DNA of 64,000 bases, from assembly GCA_903847585.1 (NCBI GenBank), contig CAINEC010000174.1, forward strand, positions 11,518-75,517. The letters run 5' to 3'. The notes below the pieces were generated by a model, which was not told the DNA's origin, did not search any database, and saw nothing but the letters and a program-made list of their open reading frames with translations. The number at the start of each line of letters is the position of its first letter. Position 1 is the stretch's first letter. The translations under genes and the position numbers were made by a program. Of the stretch, positions 27,481 to 36,561 are shown piece by piece. This DNA comes from an uncultured Bacteroidota bacterium. GTDB lineage: Bacteria > Bacteroidota > Bacteroidia > AKYH767-A > OLB10.

Positions 27481-30374
27481 GGAAAATAGGATTACTCGTT
27501 TTCTTATTGTTTATCGCTTGTATCACCTCAAATAGGTGTGAAGCTACTATTTTGGATTTCAATAAGCTATTGCAGGTTGATAAGGAAAATAAAAATCTAA
27601 AAATTCAAAATTTATTTCAGGATAGCCAAGGGTTTATTTGGGTAGGCACCGATCACGGACTTTATCAGTTTGATGGATTTGATTTTGAAAAGTCAATCGC
27701 CGATTCTGCTAAAGTAAAAGCCTCCATCAGTTGTATTTATCAGGATAAGATTCAGACAATTTGGGTAGCTACGGAGGAAGGGAAATTATTTCGACGTAGG
27801 TCTGATAAGTTTAAAGAAGTTTCTACGCCATTTCATTCAGCGGTGAAAGCCATCATTAATCGTTCAAACGATGAATTATGGATTGCAACTTATGGAGAAG
27901 GTATCTATTCTTTTAAAAATGATCAATGGAAGAAACTTTTATCTGGCGATGCGCAATTCATTTATGCAATGGTGATTACTGCTGATAATAAATTGTTGGT
28001 GGGTACAGATATCGGCTTGTTAAAATTTAACAAAGACAATAGTTTTCAACTGCTAAATACAAAAAATGGGTTGCCTGAAAATATTGTTAGAGAGGTGAAG
28101 CTAATTGATAATTCGAAAGCAATTTTAGGATTTGAAGAAGCGGGTATTTGTTACATGGATATTACTACTAATCGTTTTTCAAAACCTGCTAATCTTAGTA
28201 CTTGGAATTTAGGTGCTGTTAATGAAATTAATTATAGTAATAATGAGTGCTGGGTCGGGACCGAAAAAAATGGAATGGTTTCATTCTCTACTTTAAAAAA
28301 TGGCCAAATAAAATTTTATAATTCAACTAACGGTTTTGAGTATACGAAGATCGCTTATTCAATATTTGATAGGGAAGGAAACTTATGGATTGCTGCTGAT
28401 AATAAGTTGATTTTTCGACCAGCAAAAAAAATTGAATTCATTAATAATTTAACTGGCGATTTTAACGATATTCAAGCGATTGCTAATGACCCAGAAGGCT
28501 ATTTATGGTTCGCAAATAAAAATGGATTATTTAAATGTCATACAGCTGTATCTAATTATAATGTTCAGCAAATAAAAGTTCCATCCATTTCAAATTTGCA
28601 TATTGTTTCATTGTTTCTGGATGATTGGGGCTATCTGTGGATTGGAACTTTTGATAATGGATTGTATCGCTTAAATACCTTTAATAACGAAATCAAAAAA
28701 TTTGGAATTGCTGATGGATTAAAGAATGCTAATATTGTTTCTATTCAAGGGAAGGATAAAAAAATATGGTTAGCTACATTGGGAGGCTTAGCAGAATGTA
28801 CAATTACTGAATCAAAAAATAATCCGGGAGATTTAACCTATACGTTTACAAGCTTTGGCGGAGCAAATAGTCCAGGGGAAATATTTGTTTACGATGTTTT
28901 TGTCGACTCAAAAAAAAGAGTTTGGTTTGGTACTGATGGAAAAGGATTGAGCTGCCTTGATAAAGGAAAATTTAAGAGCTTCAGCGCAATTGACAATAAG
29001 AGTAACATAGTAGTTTATTCGATCACTGAAGATAAAAAAGGAAATATCTGGTTCAGTACATTAAACCATGGAATATATCGATATGATGGTGCAAAATTTT
29101 ATCACATTGGTATTAAAGAAGGGTTGCGTGATAATGAGATTACAGGTATTACAACTGATTGGCAAGGGAATATTATTGTGGTTCATTCAAAAGGTATTGA
29201 TAAGATCAATTCAGGCACTTTCGAAGTAGATTATATAGGAGCAGAATCAGGGATAGAAAATTTAAATTGTAATTTAAATGCACTTTGTAATGATGTATAT
29301 GGAAATATTTGGATAGGAAAGAACGATGGATTAATGAAATTAATTAAATCTCGTTATTCAGAAGTTACAAAGCCGGTCACGTCCATTCGAAGAATATATG
29401 CATTTATGAAGCATGGATTGAGTGCAAAGGATAGTATTTTCGAGTACAATCAAAATCAGATTTCACTAGAGTTTGTCGGTTTGTGGTTTGGTAATCCCGA
29501 TGCTGTTCATTATCGCTATCGACTCATAGGACTTTCTAACCAATGGATATCTACAAAAGATAAAATTGTTACATTCCCTAACCTGCCTCCTGGAAAATAT
29601 ACTTTTGAATTAGAGGCGTCAGTCAATAATCGATTTATTAATCCATCATCAGCAAGCTACTCATTTAAAATAAATAAACCACTAACAAAACAATGGTGGT
29701 TTATTACATTAATTATTTTGTTGAGTGCCGGAGCTTTAATTTGGTATATCCGCGACCGTGATGTTCGTTTTAGAAATTTAGAAGCGATGAAAAAAGAAAA
29801 GATGGAGTATCAATATGAAACATTGAAAAGTCAAATTAATCCTCATTTTCTTTTTAATAGTTTTAATACTTTAATTACGATTATTGAGGATAATCAGGAT
29901 AAGGCAGTAGACTATGTAGAAACACTATCTGATTATTTCAGAAGCATGCTTAATTATCGTGATAAAGATGTAATTCAATTAAGTGAAGAGTTAGAAATTG
30001 TAAGCGCCTATTTCTATTTACAACAAAAACGATTTGGCGAATATCTATCATTAAACATTAATGTTTCTTCACACTTTAAAGAGGGTTTTTCTGTTCCTCC
30101 ATTATCAATACAATTGTTAGTTGAAAATGCAATTAAGCATAATGCCGTCTCGCATGAAACGCCATTGCAAATCGATATCTCAATTGATGATAAAAATCAG
30201 TTGTTGACTATTTCTAATAATTTAAATCCCAAAAAGAACCATGACCCTTCAACTGGTATCGGATTAAATAATATTTTTAGCCGTTATAAAATATTGACTG
30301 AACAGGATGTTACCGTTATCCGAACCGATAAACAATTTATTGTTGAATTACCACTAATTAAAAACAAGACATGA
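27477..30374 (+). CDS. Sensor histidine kinase: periplasmic two-component-regulator propeller repeats, Y_Y_Y domain, TM helix, LytS-type His_kinase/HATPase
   Basis: Repeated D..G.IW(V/I)GT..GL motifs. Y_Y_Y region HYRYRLIGLSNQWISTKDKIVTFPNLPPGKYTFELEA. TM helix WWFITLIILLSAGALIWYI. Kinase motifs LKSQINPHFLFNSFNTL and LVENAIKHN. Confidence 0.9.
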   Translation: MRKIGLLVFLLFIACITSNRCEATILDFNKLLQVDKENKNLKIQNLFQDSQGFIWVGTDHGLYQFDGFDFEKSIADSAKVKASISCIYQDKIQTIWVATEEGKLFRRRSDKFKEVSTPFHSAVKAIINRSNDELWIATYGEGIYSFKNDQWKKLLSGDAQFIYAMVITADNKLLVGTDIGLLKFNKDNSFQLLNTKNGLPENIVREVKLIDNSKAILGFEEAGICYMDITTNRFSKPANLSTWNLGAVNEINYSNNECWVGTEKNGMVSFSTLKNGQIKFYNSTNGFEYTKIAYSIFDREGNLWIAADNKLIFRPAKKIEFINNLTGDFNDIQAIANDPEGYLWFANKNGLFKCHTAVSNYNVQQIKVPSISNLHIVSLFLDDWGYLWIGTFDNGLYRLNTFNNEIKKFGIADGLKNANIVSIQGKDKKIWLATLGGLAECTITESKNNPGDLTYTFTSFGGANSPGEIFVYDVFVDSKKRVWFGTDGKGLSCLDKGKFKSFSAIDNKSNIVVYSITEDKKGNIWFSTLNHGIYRYDGAKFYHIGIKEGLRDNEITGITTDWQGNIIVVHSKGIDKINSGTFEVDYIGAESGIENLNCNLNALCNDVYGNIWIGKNDGLMKLIKSRYSEVTKPVTSIRRIYAFMKHGLSAKDSIFEYNQNQISLEFVGLWFGNPDAVHYRYRLIGLSNQWISTKDKIVTFPNLPPGKYTFELEASVNNRFINPSSASYSFKINKPLTKQWWFITLIILLSAGALIWYIRDRDVRFRNLEAMKKEKMEYQYETLKSQINPHFLFNSFNTLITIIEDNQDKAVDYVETLSDYFRSMLNYRDKDVIQLSEELEIVSAYFYLQQKRFGEYLSLNINVSSHFKEGFSVPPLSIQLLVENAIKHNAVSHETPLQIDISIDDKNQLLTISNNLNPKKNHDPSTGIGLNNIFSRYKILTEQDVTVIRTDKQFIVELPLIKNKT

Positions 30375-31138
30375 GAATTCTGATTATCGAAGATGAAACG
30401 CCAGCGGCAGACCGCCTGAAAAAAATGATTTTGGATTTTGAACCTAATGCAGAAATTACAAGCAACTTAGTAAGTATAGCTTCTTCTGTAAAATGGTTAA
30501 AAGAAAATCCTTCACCCGATCTAATCTTTATGGATATTCATTTATCTGATGGAGATAGTTTTGAAATTTTTAATGAACAGGAAGTGAAATCACCTGTTGT
30601 GTTTGTTACTGCATATGATCAATATGCGCTGGATGCTTTTAAGGTAAATAGCATTGATTATTTACTAAAGCCAGTTAAAAAAGAAGATTTGTCGAGAGCC
30701 CTCGAAAAGTATAAACAACGAGGCAGCTCAAATATGCAGCAAATGATGGATTTGCTAAAGCAAATGAATGTAACTCCATCAAAAAAGGAAACGCAAAAAA
30801 GAATAGTCATTCGTTATGGTGATACCATTAAAATGGTAGAAATTGCAGACGTGGCGTATTTTTATACAGAAGATAAAATCAACTTTTTGTGCACGAAAGA
30901 TAATGTACGTTATCCGATTGATCAGAACTTAGATGAATTGGAAAGTATGGTGGATGGCGATGTTTTTTTTAGAATTAATAGACAGTACATCATCAATATA
31001 AATGCAATTGAAAAAATGCTTGCCTGGTCGAAATCACGAGTGAAAGTGATATTAAAACCAGCATGTGATAATGAAACCATAGTTAGTACTGAACGTTCGC
31101 CAAATTTTAAAGAATGGCTAACCGGATTGAAAAATTAA
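30371..31138 (+). CDS. LytTR-family response regulator
   Basis: REC domain (MRILIIEDE...DLIFMDIHLSDG...VFVTAYDQYA) followed by a LytTR DNA-binding domain (FFRINRQYIININAI). There is an ATGA overlap with the kinase. Confidence 0.9.
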   Translation: MRILIIEDETPAADRLKKMILDFEPNAEITSNLVSIASSVKWLKENPSPDLIFMDIHLSDGDSFEIFNEQEVKSPVVFVTAYDQYALDAFKVNSIDYLLKPVKKEDLSRALEKYKQRGSSNMQQMMDLLKQMNVTPSKKETQKRIVIRYGDTIKMVEIADVAYFYTEDKINFLCTKDNVRYPIDQNLDELESMVDGDVFFRINRQYIININAIEKMLAWSKSRVKVILKPACDNETIVSTERSPNFKEWLTGLKN

Positions 31139-31238
31139 AATCGTTATAATCCCTTTCAACGCTCAAAATAACCCGCTCGGCAACTTGCGTGAATCAAATT
31201 CAAAATGTGACATTACCTTTACAAAAAATTAAAGTTCT

Positions 31239-31988
31239 ATGAATCTAAGGTATAGCGTTTTTATTTTGACTTTGTCTTTTTTTGTCATGACTTTTTATGC
31301 ATGCCAGCATGAACCTGTAGAAACAATAAACGGGAACAATGGGGGCGGGAATGGGAATGGTAACGGTAACAATTCTTTGCCCCCTTGTGACCCGGATACG
31401 GTCTACTTTGAGCAGGACATTCTGCCACTTTTCATTTCTAACTGTACAATGTCAGGATGCCATAATTCAACAACACATGCAGAAGGAATCGATTTAAGTT
31501 CATACGCAGCTGTTATGAGTTCTAACGTATTAACACCTGGTCAGGCCTGGAACAGTGAATTAGTTGAAGCTATTACAGAAACAGACCCTGATAAAATAAT
31601 GCCTCCGCCGCCAATGCCACCAATGCCTGCTTCTCAAATTAATTTGATTAAGAAGTGGATTAATCAAGGGGCTTTAAATCTTAAATGTGATAATGGCTGT
31701 GATACAACAAATGTTACTTATAATGGAACAATAAAACCGCTCCTTCAAAATAGCTGTACTGGTTGCCATAATACTTCTAGTCCTGGTGGAGGATATAACT
31801 TGACTAATTATGCCGACGACGCAGTGGGAAATTTTGGAGTTCAGTCTTCTGCTTTGAATGGTTCTTTGTCGGGTTCTGTAAATCATACTGGTTTGTATTC
31901 GCACATGCCAAAAGGAGGATCTAAGCTCCCACAATGTCAATTAGATCAAATTAGAATCTGGGTAGATGCCGGTGCTCCAAATAATTAG
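31239..31988 (+). CDS. Lipoprotein with two PSCyt1-like c-type cytochrome domains
   Basis: Lipobox MTFYAC. Two ~95-aa repeats each begin CD..(T/N)V(Y/T)(F/Y)...I.PL and carry a Cys...Cys-His heme motif (CTMSGCH, then CTGCH), a distal MP, and (I/L)..W(I/V).(Q/A)GA.N. Confidence 0.7.
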   Translation: MNLRYSVFILTLSFFVMTFYACQHEPVETINGNNGGGNGNGNGNNSLPPCDPDTVYFEQDILPLFISNCTMSGCHNSTTHAEGIDLSSYAAVMSSNVLTPGQAWNSELVEAITETDPDKIMPPPPMPPMPASQINLIKKWINQGALNLKCDNGCDTTNVTYNGTIKPLLQNSCTGCHNTSSPGGGYNLTNYADDAVGNFGVQSSALNGSLSGSVNHTGLYSHMPKGGSKLPQCQLDQIRIWVDAGAPNN

Positions 31989-32000
31989 TAAATTTGCTGA

Positions 32001-32360
32001 ATGAAAATTGTCTTTCAAATACTCTTCTTTTTAGCTGTAGGCAGTTTAACAACCGGCTGTTATTACGATAATGAAGAATACCTCTATGGTACTTGTGATA
32101 CTACGAATGTCACTTTTTCTAGGGATATTAAACCAATTATGGATGCTAATTGTATTAATTGCCATAATAGTGGAACAATCAATCTAACAACGTATGAAGG
32201 TGTAAAAGCAAAAGTAAGCGACAGTACACTTTATAAATCTATTTCCTATTCTTATTCAGGTGTAAACTCTTCTAAGAATATGCCTTCATCAGGTAAATTA
32301 GACGATTGCTCAATTAATAAAGTAAAAGCGTGGATTGATGAAGGAGCAATAAATAATTAA
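32001..32360 (+). CDS. Lipoprotein with a single PSCyt1-like c-type cytochrome domain
   Basis: Lipobox LTTGC. CDTTNVTFSRDIKPIMDANCINCHNSG...NMPSSG...VKAWIDEGAINN is a third copy of the repeat in the preceding gene. Confidence 0.7.
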   Translation: MKIVFQILFFLAVGSLTTGCYYDNEEYLYGTCDTTNVTFSRDIKPIMDANCINCHNSGTINLTTYEGVKAKVSDSTLYKSISYSYSGVNSSKNMPSSGKLDDCSINKVKAWIDEGAINN

Positions 32361-32363
32361 AAC

Positions 32364-32810
32364 ATGAAAAATAAAAAAGTAATCATTGTTATTGTTGCTT
32401 TAGCTCTTATTGCGTTAATTGGAGGGTATGCATATTATTATGTTACCAAAGATGAAGTTGGTCTAGCAGAAACAACAGCCGATTTTACAATCTCTTGTGA
32501 TGATATTTTTAAAGAGTTTACAGCAAATAAAGATGCATCAATGACAAAATACAGTCGTAAAACGGTAGCATTAAGTGGTAAAGTGAGCTCAGTAGAAAAG
32601 GCAGGAGAGAATGTAACTGTTATTTTTAATACGACTGCTGGTGATGGTATTATTAGATGTTTACTTGATACGCTTGATGCACCTAAACTACGGGCAAAAA
32701 ATGGTGATATGCTAAAACTAAAAGGGTCATATACTGGTTTTGAAGATGATTTAATGTTTGTTTCAGTACCTGAACTTAGTTTTAACCGATGTGTTATTAT
32801 GCCTAATTAA
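32364..32810 (+). CDS. Membrane-anchored OB-fold protein (tRNA_anti-like family), function unknown
   Basis: N-terminal TM anchor followed by DDIFKEFTANKDASMTKYSRKTVALSGKVSSVE...IRCLL...LKLKGSYTGFEDD...LSFNRC. I recognise this pattern as the PF12869-type family from memory. Confidence 0.5.
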   Translation: MKNKKVIIVIVALALIALIGGYAYYYVTKDEVGLAETTADFTISCDDIFKEFTANKDASMTKYSRKTVALSGKVSSVEKAGENVTVIFNTTAGDGIIRCLLDTLDAPKLRAKNGDMLKLKGSYTGFEDDLMFVSVPELSFNRCVIMPN

Positions 32811-32837
32811 AACTTACATTCCCAAACCAATATTAAT

Positions 32838-33680
32838 ATGAAAAAAAACTTACTTATTTTAATTTCAGCGGGCATAGTCATAGCTATATGCTCAGCAACT
32901 TTAACAGTTAACAGTAATTCAACAGGAGCTGATCCAGGATATGCTAATGATCCATCAAACGGTAACTCAAATTGTACAAACTGTCATGGTGGAACTGCTA
33001 CCAACGCGTCAGCAGCGCAGGCTTCTATTACTTCAAATATTCCAGCAGCCGGATATACACCTGGCGCAACTTATACGATTACAGCTACTGTAAATTATAC
33101 AGGTCGTTCTAAATTTGGATTCCAAGTAAGTCCGCAAAATGCAGCCGGTACTAAATTAGGTACTTTAATCAATACAGGAAGCCAAACAAAATTGGTGGGT
33201 AGCAGCAAATATGTTACGCATACTTCTTCAGGAAATTCTGGTACAAATACAAAATCGTGGACATTTGATTGGACAGCTCCAGCAGCAGGCACTGGTGCGG
33301 TTACATTTTATGGATCATTTATGGCTGCCAATGGAACCGGAACTACAAGTGGTGACATCGTATTCAAAACGACTTATACTGTTTCGGAAGCTGTAGCAAG
33401 TGGAATAAATGAAGTAGAAGCTAATACCAACGCATTAACGATAATCAATTTAAAGAATGCATTACAGATTTCTTACAATGCACAATCTTCAGCAATAGCT
33501 AACGTTGAATTATATAATTTAAATGGAACACTTGTGAGTGCTGCTTCATTCGAGCAACAAAATGTAGGTACTGTAAACTTAAACTTTGATATAAAAGAAG
33601 GTTTGAATACAGGAATTTATATTGTTAAAGTTCAGCAAGGAACGCAAGTTTTAACAAAGAAATTAGCACTCGTATTTTAA
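32838..33680 (+). CDS. Secreted CXXCH-containing beta-sandwich (reeler/DOMON-like) protein with a T9SS CTD
   Basis: Signal peptide. NCTNCHGG lies near the mature N-terminus, followed by YTPGATYTITATV, KFGFQVSPQN and WTFDWTAPAAGTGAVTFYG. The CTD is LQISYN...VELYNLNGTLV...GIYIVKVQQG...KLALVF. Confidence 0.6.
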   Translation: MKKNLLILISAGIVIAICSATLTVNSNSTGADPGYANDPSNGNSNCTNCHGGTATNASAAQASITSNIPAAGYTPGATYTITATVNYTGRSKFGFQVSPQNAAGTKLGTLINTGSQTKLVGSSKYVTHTSSGNSGTNTKSWTFDWTAPAAGTGAVTFYGSFMAANGTGTTSGDIVFKTTYTVSEAVASGINEVEANTNALTIINLKNALQISYNAQSSAIANVELYNLNGTLVSAASFEQQNVGTVNLNFDIKEGLNTGIYIVKVQQGTQVLTKKLALVF

Positions 33681-33698
33681 TTTTAAAGAGTATTACCC

Positions 33699-34250
33699 AT
33701 GAAAAAAATTCTTTTATCCTTAATGCTGTTGGTAGGGTTAAATGTCTATGCACAGGATACACTTTCAACAAATAATGCGACTATTAACTTTGATGCTACT
33801 TCTGCAGGATCTCCTGAGAAAATCGAGGCTATCAGTAAGCAAGTGAAAAGTAAATTATTAGTTAAAACGGGGGATTTTGTTTTTGCTATTCAAATGCAGT
33901 CTTTTGAATTTGAAAAGTCATTGATGAAAGATCATTTTAATGAAAATTATGTTGAAAGTACAAAGTACCCTCGAGCAACATTTAAAGGAGCTATACAAGA
34001 CTTTGCTAAAGTAAACTTTGCAAAAGATGGAAAGTACCCAGTTGTTGTTAAAGGTACAATGGATATGCATGGCGTGAAAAAAGAAGTTACTGCCAATGGT
34101 ACTCTTACAATTTCTGGTGATAAAGTTACAGCTTCATCAAGTTTTAAATTGTTACTTTCAGACTTTAATATTGAAGTCCCTCCAGTAGTTGGTGATAAAC
34201 TCGCAAAGCAGGCAACAATCACTGTTAATGCTACTTATAACAAAAAGTAA
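33699..34250 (+). CDS. YceI-like domain protein (second copy)
   Basis: Signal peptide. FVFAIQMQSFEFEKSLMKDHFNENYVESTKYPRATFKG...MHGVKKE aligns with the 26854 product. Confidence 0.8.
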   Translation: MKKILLSLMLLVGLNVYAQDTLSTNNATINFDATSAGSPEKIEAISKQVKSKLLVKTGDFVFAIQMQSFEFEKSLMKDHFNENYVESTKYPRATFKGAIQDFAKVNFAKDGKYPVVVKGTMDMHGVKKEVTANGTLTISGDKVTASSSFKLLLSDFNIEVPPVVGDKLAKQATITVNATYNKK

Positions 34251-34255
34251 TTCGA

Positions 34256-35164
34256 ATGAACCAGTACCAATTAAATAAGTATCTGTTTTTATTCGCTTTG
34301 GTGATTCTATCATCATCTTCGATATTTGCACAAGATGATTTGTTGGGATCATTAGACGAGGAAAAGCCTCCTCGCGAGTACACACGTAATGCTTTTAAAT
34401 CTACGCGTGTAATTACAGCACAATCCATGGAGCAATTGTCGAAAGGAGTTCTTGATTTTCGAATTCTGCATCGCTTCGGAAGAGTAAACAGCGGAGCCTA
34501 TGATGCCTTCGGTTTTGATCAAGCAACGATACGACTTGCACTCGATTATGGTATAACCGATCGTTTAACAGTAGGTATTGGAAGAAGTAGTAATAAGAAA
34601 GAAATTGATGGCTTTATTAAGTATCGTCCAATTTGGCAATCAAACGACGGATGGCCTTTCTCAGTACTCTTAACTTCAGGTTTTGTAAAAGATGGTTTAA
34701 AGTGGGCGGATCCTAACCGTGATAATTATGCATCATCAAGATATTCTTATTTCCATCAAGTTTTGGTGGGAAGAAAATTCTCTGATGCCTTCTCGTTACA
34801 ATTAATGCCAACGTTAGTACATCGTAATCTTGTTCTTTCAGAAGAAGATAATAATGATATCATTAGTATTGGAGTAGGTTCACGTTTAAAATTGAGCAAT
34901 CGTTTAGCCGTAACGGTAGAGTATTTCCGTCATATTACTGATTTGCCAACAGGTTACTATGATCCATTATCAATCGGATTTGATATTGAAACCGGAGGAC
35001 ATGTTTTCCAATTGCATTTCACTAATTCTTTAGGTATGAATGAACGTTCGTATTTGGTAGGTACAGATGGACAATGGTCGAAGGGTGATATTCACTTCGG
35101 ATTTAATATCTCTCGTGTATTCACTATTTCAAAACCGAAAGAGTTTCGCAAGAAAAAAGAATGA
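34256..35164 (+). CDS. Outer-membrane beta-barrel protein, DUF5777-like
   Basis: Signal peptide. FKSTRVITAQSMEQLSKGVLDFRILHRFG...RLALDYGITDRLTVGIGR...GHVFQLHFTNS...IHFGFNISRVF shows alternating-strand beta-barrel character. The family was recognised from memory. Confidence 0.6.
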   Translation: MNQYQLNKYLFLFALVILSSSSIFAQDDLLGSLDEEKPPREYTRNAFKSTRVITAQSMEQLSKGVLDFRILHRFGRVNSGAYDAFGFDQATIRLALDYGITDRLTVGIGRSSNKKEIDGFIKYRPIWQSNDGWPFSVLLTSGFVKDGLKWADPNRDNYASSRYSYFHQVLVGRKFSDAFSLQLMPTLVHRNLVLSEEDNNDIISIGVGSRLKLSNRLAVTVEYFRHITDLPTGYYDPLSIGFDIETGGHVFQLHFTNSLGMNERSYLVGTDGQWSKGDIHFGFNISRVFTISKPKEFRKKKE

Positions 35165-35180
35165 GCAATTTTATAGAACG

Positions 35181-35216
35181 AAAAAGGGGCAGTCTCGTTG
35201 AGATCGCCCCTTTTTT
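35181..35216. terminator. Bidirectional Rho-independent terminator between convergent genes
   Basis: aaaaa-ggggcagtctc-gtt-gagatcgcccc-tttttt is a GC-rich stem with one internal mismatch pair, with an A-run on one side and a T-run on the other. It lies between the stops at 35164 (+) and 35232 (-). Confidence 0.75.
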
Positions 35217-35231
35217 ATTGGGTATAATTCC

Positions 35232-35996
35232 TTAAGCAGATGGTGCCTTCTTGAAATATTGCATAATCTTACTCGCCGGTTTTAAAAATCGAGTGAATAA
35301 TCCTGGCTTAATTCCATTTAATTTCCAAGCCATCTTGTCCTCAATATTTGCTTTTAGTCGTACGAAGAAGCTTACATTGCTAACGCCACCCATTCTCATT
35401 TTTACAACTACTTTCGGAAGGTAAGCTAACTTGATTTTATTTTTATGAATCATGCGTAACATCAATTCATAATCGGCCGATAAACGTAATGTTGTATTAA
35501 ATACTCCATATCGTTCATAGCATTCTTTTCTAACAAAAAATGTAGGGTGCGGTGGCATCCATCCATTTAAAAAATCACCCTCTTCGTAATCGCCCGACTC
35601 CCATGTTCTTGTTATTTTATCGATATCGTTTCTATCAACAAAAACTAAATCGGCATACACACCTTCAGCACCAGGATTGTTTTCAAACGTTTTTACGATG
35701 TCACTGATAACGTGATTCGATGCATATAAATCATCTGAGTGCAACATCCCAACAATATCTCCAGTTGCTAAACCAATACCTTTATTCAAAGCATCGTATA
35801 AGCCTTTGTCTTTCTCAGAAACAATCTTTGTAATTTTATCTTTGTATTTATCTACTATTTGCAATGTGCTGTCCTTCGACTTACCATCAATAATTAAATA
35901 CTCAATATTGGGGTAGTCCTGGTTAACAACCGACTTCAACGTGTCCTCTACAGTTGCAGCACTATTATAAGTAATTGTAATTATCGAAACTTTCAT
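35232..35996 (-). CDS. Glycosyltransferase family 2
   Basis: MKVSIITITYNSAATVEDTLKSVVNQDY is a GT2 N-terminus, and there is a DXD-type motif LHSDD. Confidence 0.85.
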   Translation of the reverse strand: MKVSIITITYNSAATVEDTLKSVVNQDYPNIEYLIIDGKSKDSTLQIVDKYKDKITKIVSEKDKGLYDALNKGIGLATGDIVGMLHSDDLYASNHVISDIVKTFENNPGAEGVYADLVFVDRNDIDKITRTWESGDYEEGDFLNGWMPPHPTFFVRKECYERYGVFNTTLRLSADYELMLRMIHKNKIKLAYLPKVVVKMRMGGVSNVSFFVRLKANIEDKMAWKLNGIKPGLFTRFLKPASKIMQYFKKAPSA

Positions 35997-36009
35997 TGTA
36001 CTGGTTTGA

Positions 36010-36561
36010 TTATGATATGACCCGCTCTCTGATTTTTTGAGCAGGGTTGCCCTTATACATTGTATAGGCCTCTAGGGTTTCAGTTGCAACGGATGATACC
36101 GAAAGGATTGCATGAGTCTTAAGTGTTACCCCAGGACAAACAATCGATAATGCACCTACCCAGGCGCCATCTTCAATGGTGATAGCTCCAGTGATTAAGT
36201 CGAATGTTTCTTTTTTATAGTTATGATTACCGCATAATATCATGGCTCCCTGACTTAAGCAGCAATTCTTCCCGATTGTCACCTGCGCTAAATTATCAAT
36301 CCATACACGCTCACCAACCCATGTATAATCGCCAATACTCAGCAGCCATGGATACTTAATATTGACACTTTGCTTAATGACAACCCCATTTCCAATCTTT
36401 GCCCCAAATAGTCGAAGTAAAAACACTTTTAATTTACCAAAAGGATTCAGAGGGTTTATTAAAAACAAGGCATTCACAATATACCAAAGTGCTATTTTAA
36501 TTTTACCAGCACCTGGATTGTACCAATCGTTGTTGTATTTTGATAAATCAGTTTGCTTCAT
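36010..36561 (-). CDS. Hexapeptide-repeat O-acetyltransferase (WcaF-like)
   Basis: Left-handed beta-helix hexapeptide pattern (IGDYTWVGERVWIDN, IGKNCCLSQGAMI, IEDGAWVGALSIVCPGV). The ATG at 36561 is preferred over the GTG at 36564. Confidence 0.8.
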   Translation of the reverse strand: MKQTDLSKYNNDWYNPGAGKIKIALWYIVNALFLINPLNPFGKLKVFLLRLFGAKIGNGVVIKQSVNIKYPWLLSIGDYTWVGERVWIDNLAQVTIGKNCCLSQGAMILCGNHNYKKETFDLITGAITIEDGAWVGALSIVCPGVTLKTHAILSVSSVATETLEAYTMYKGNPAQKIRERVIS

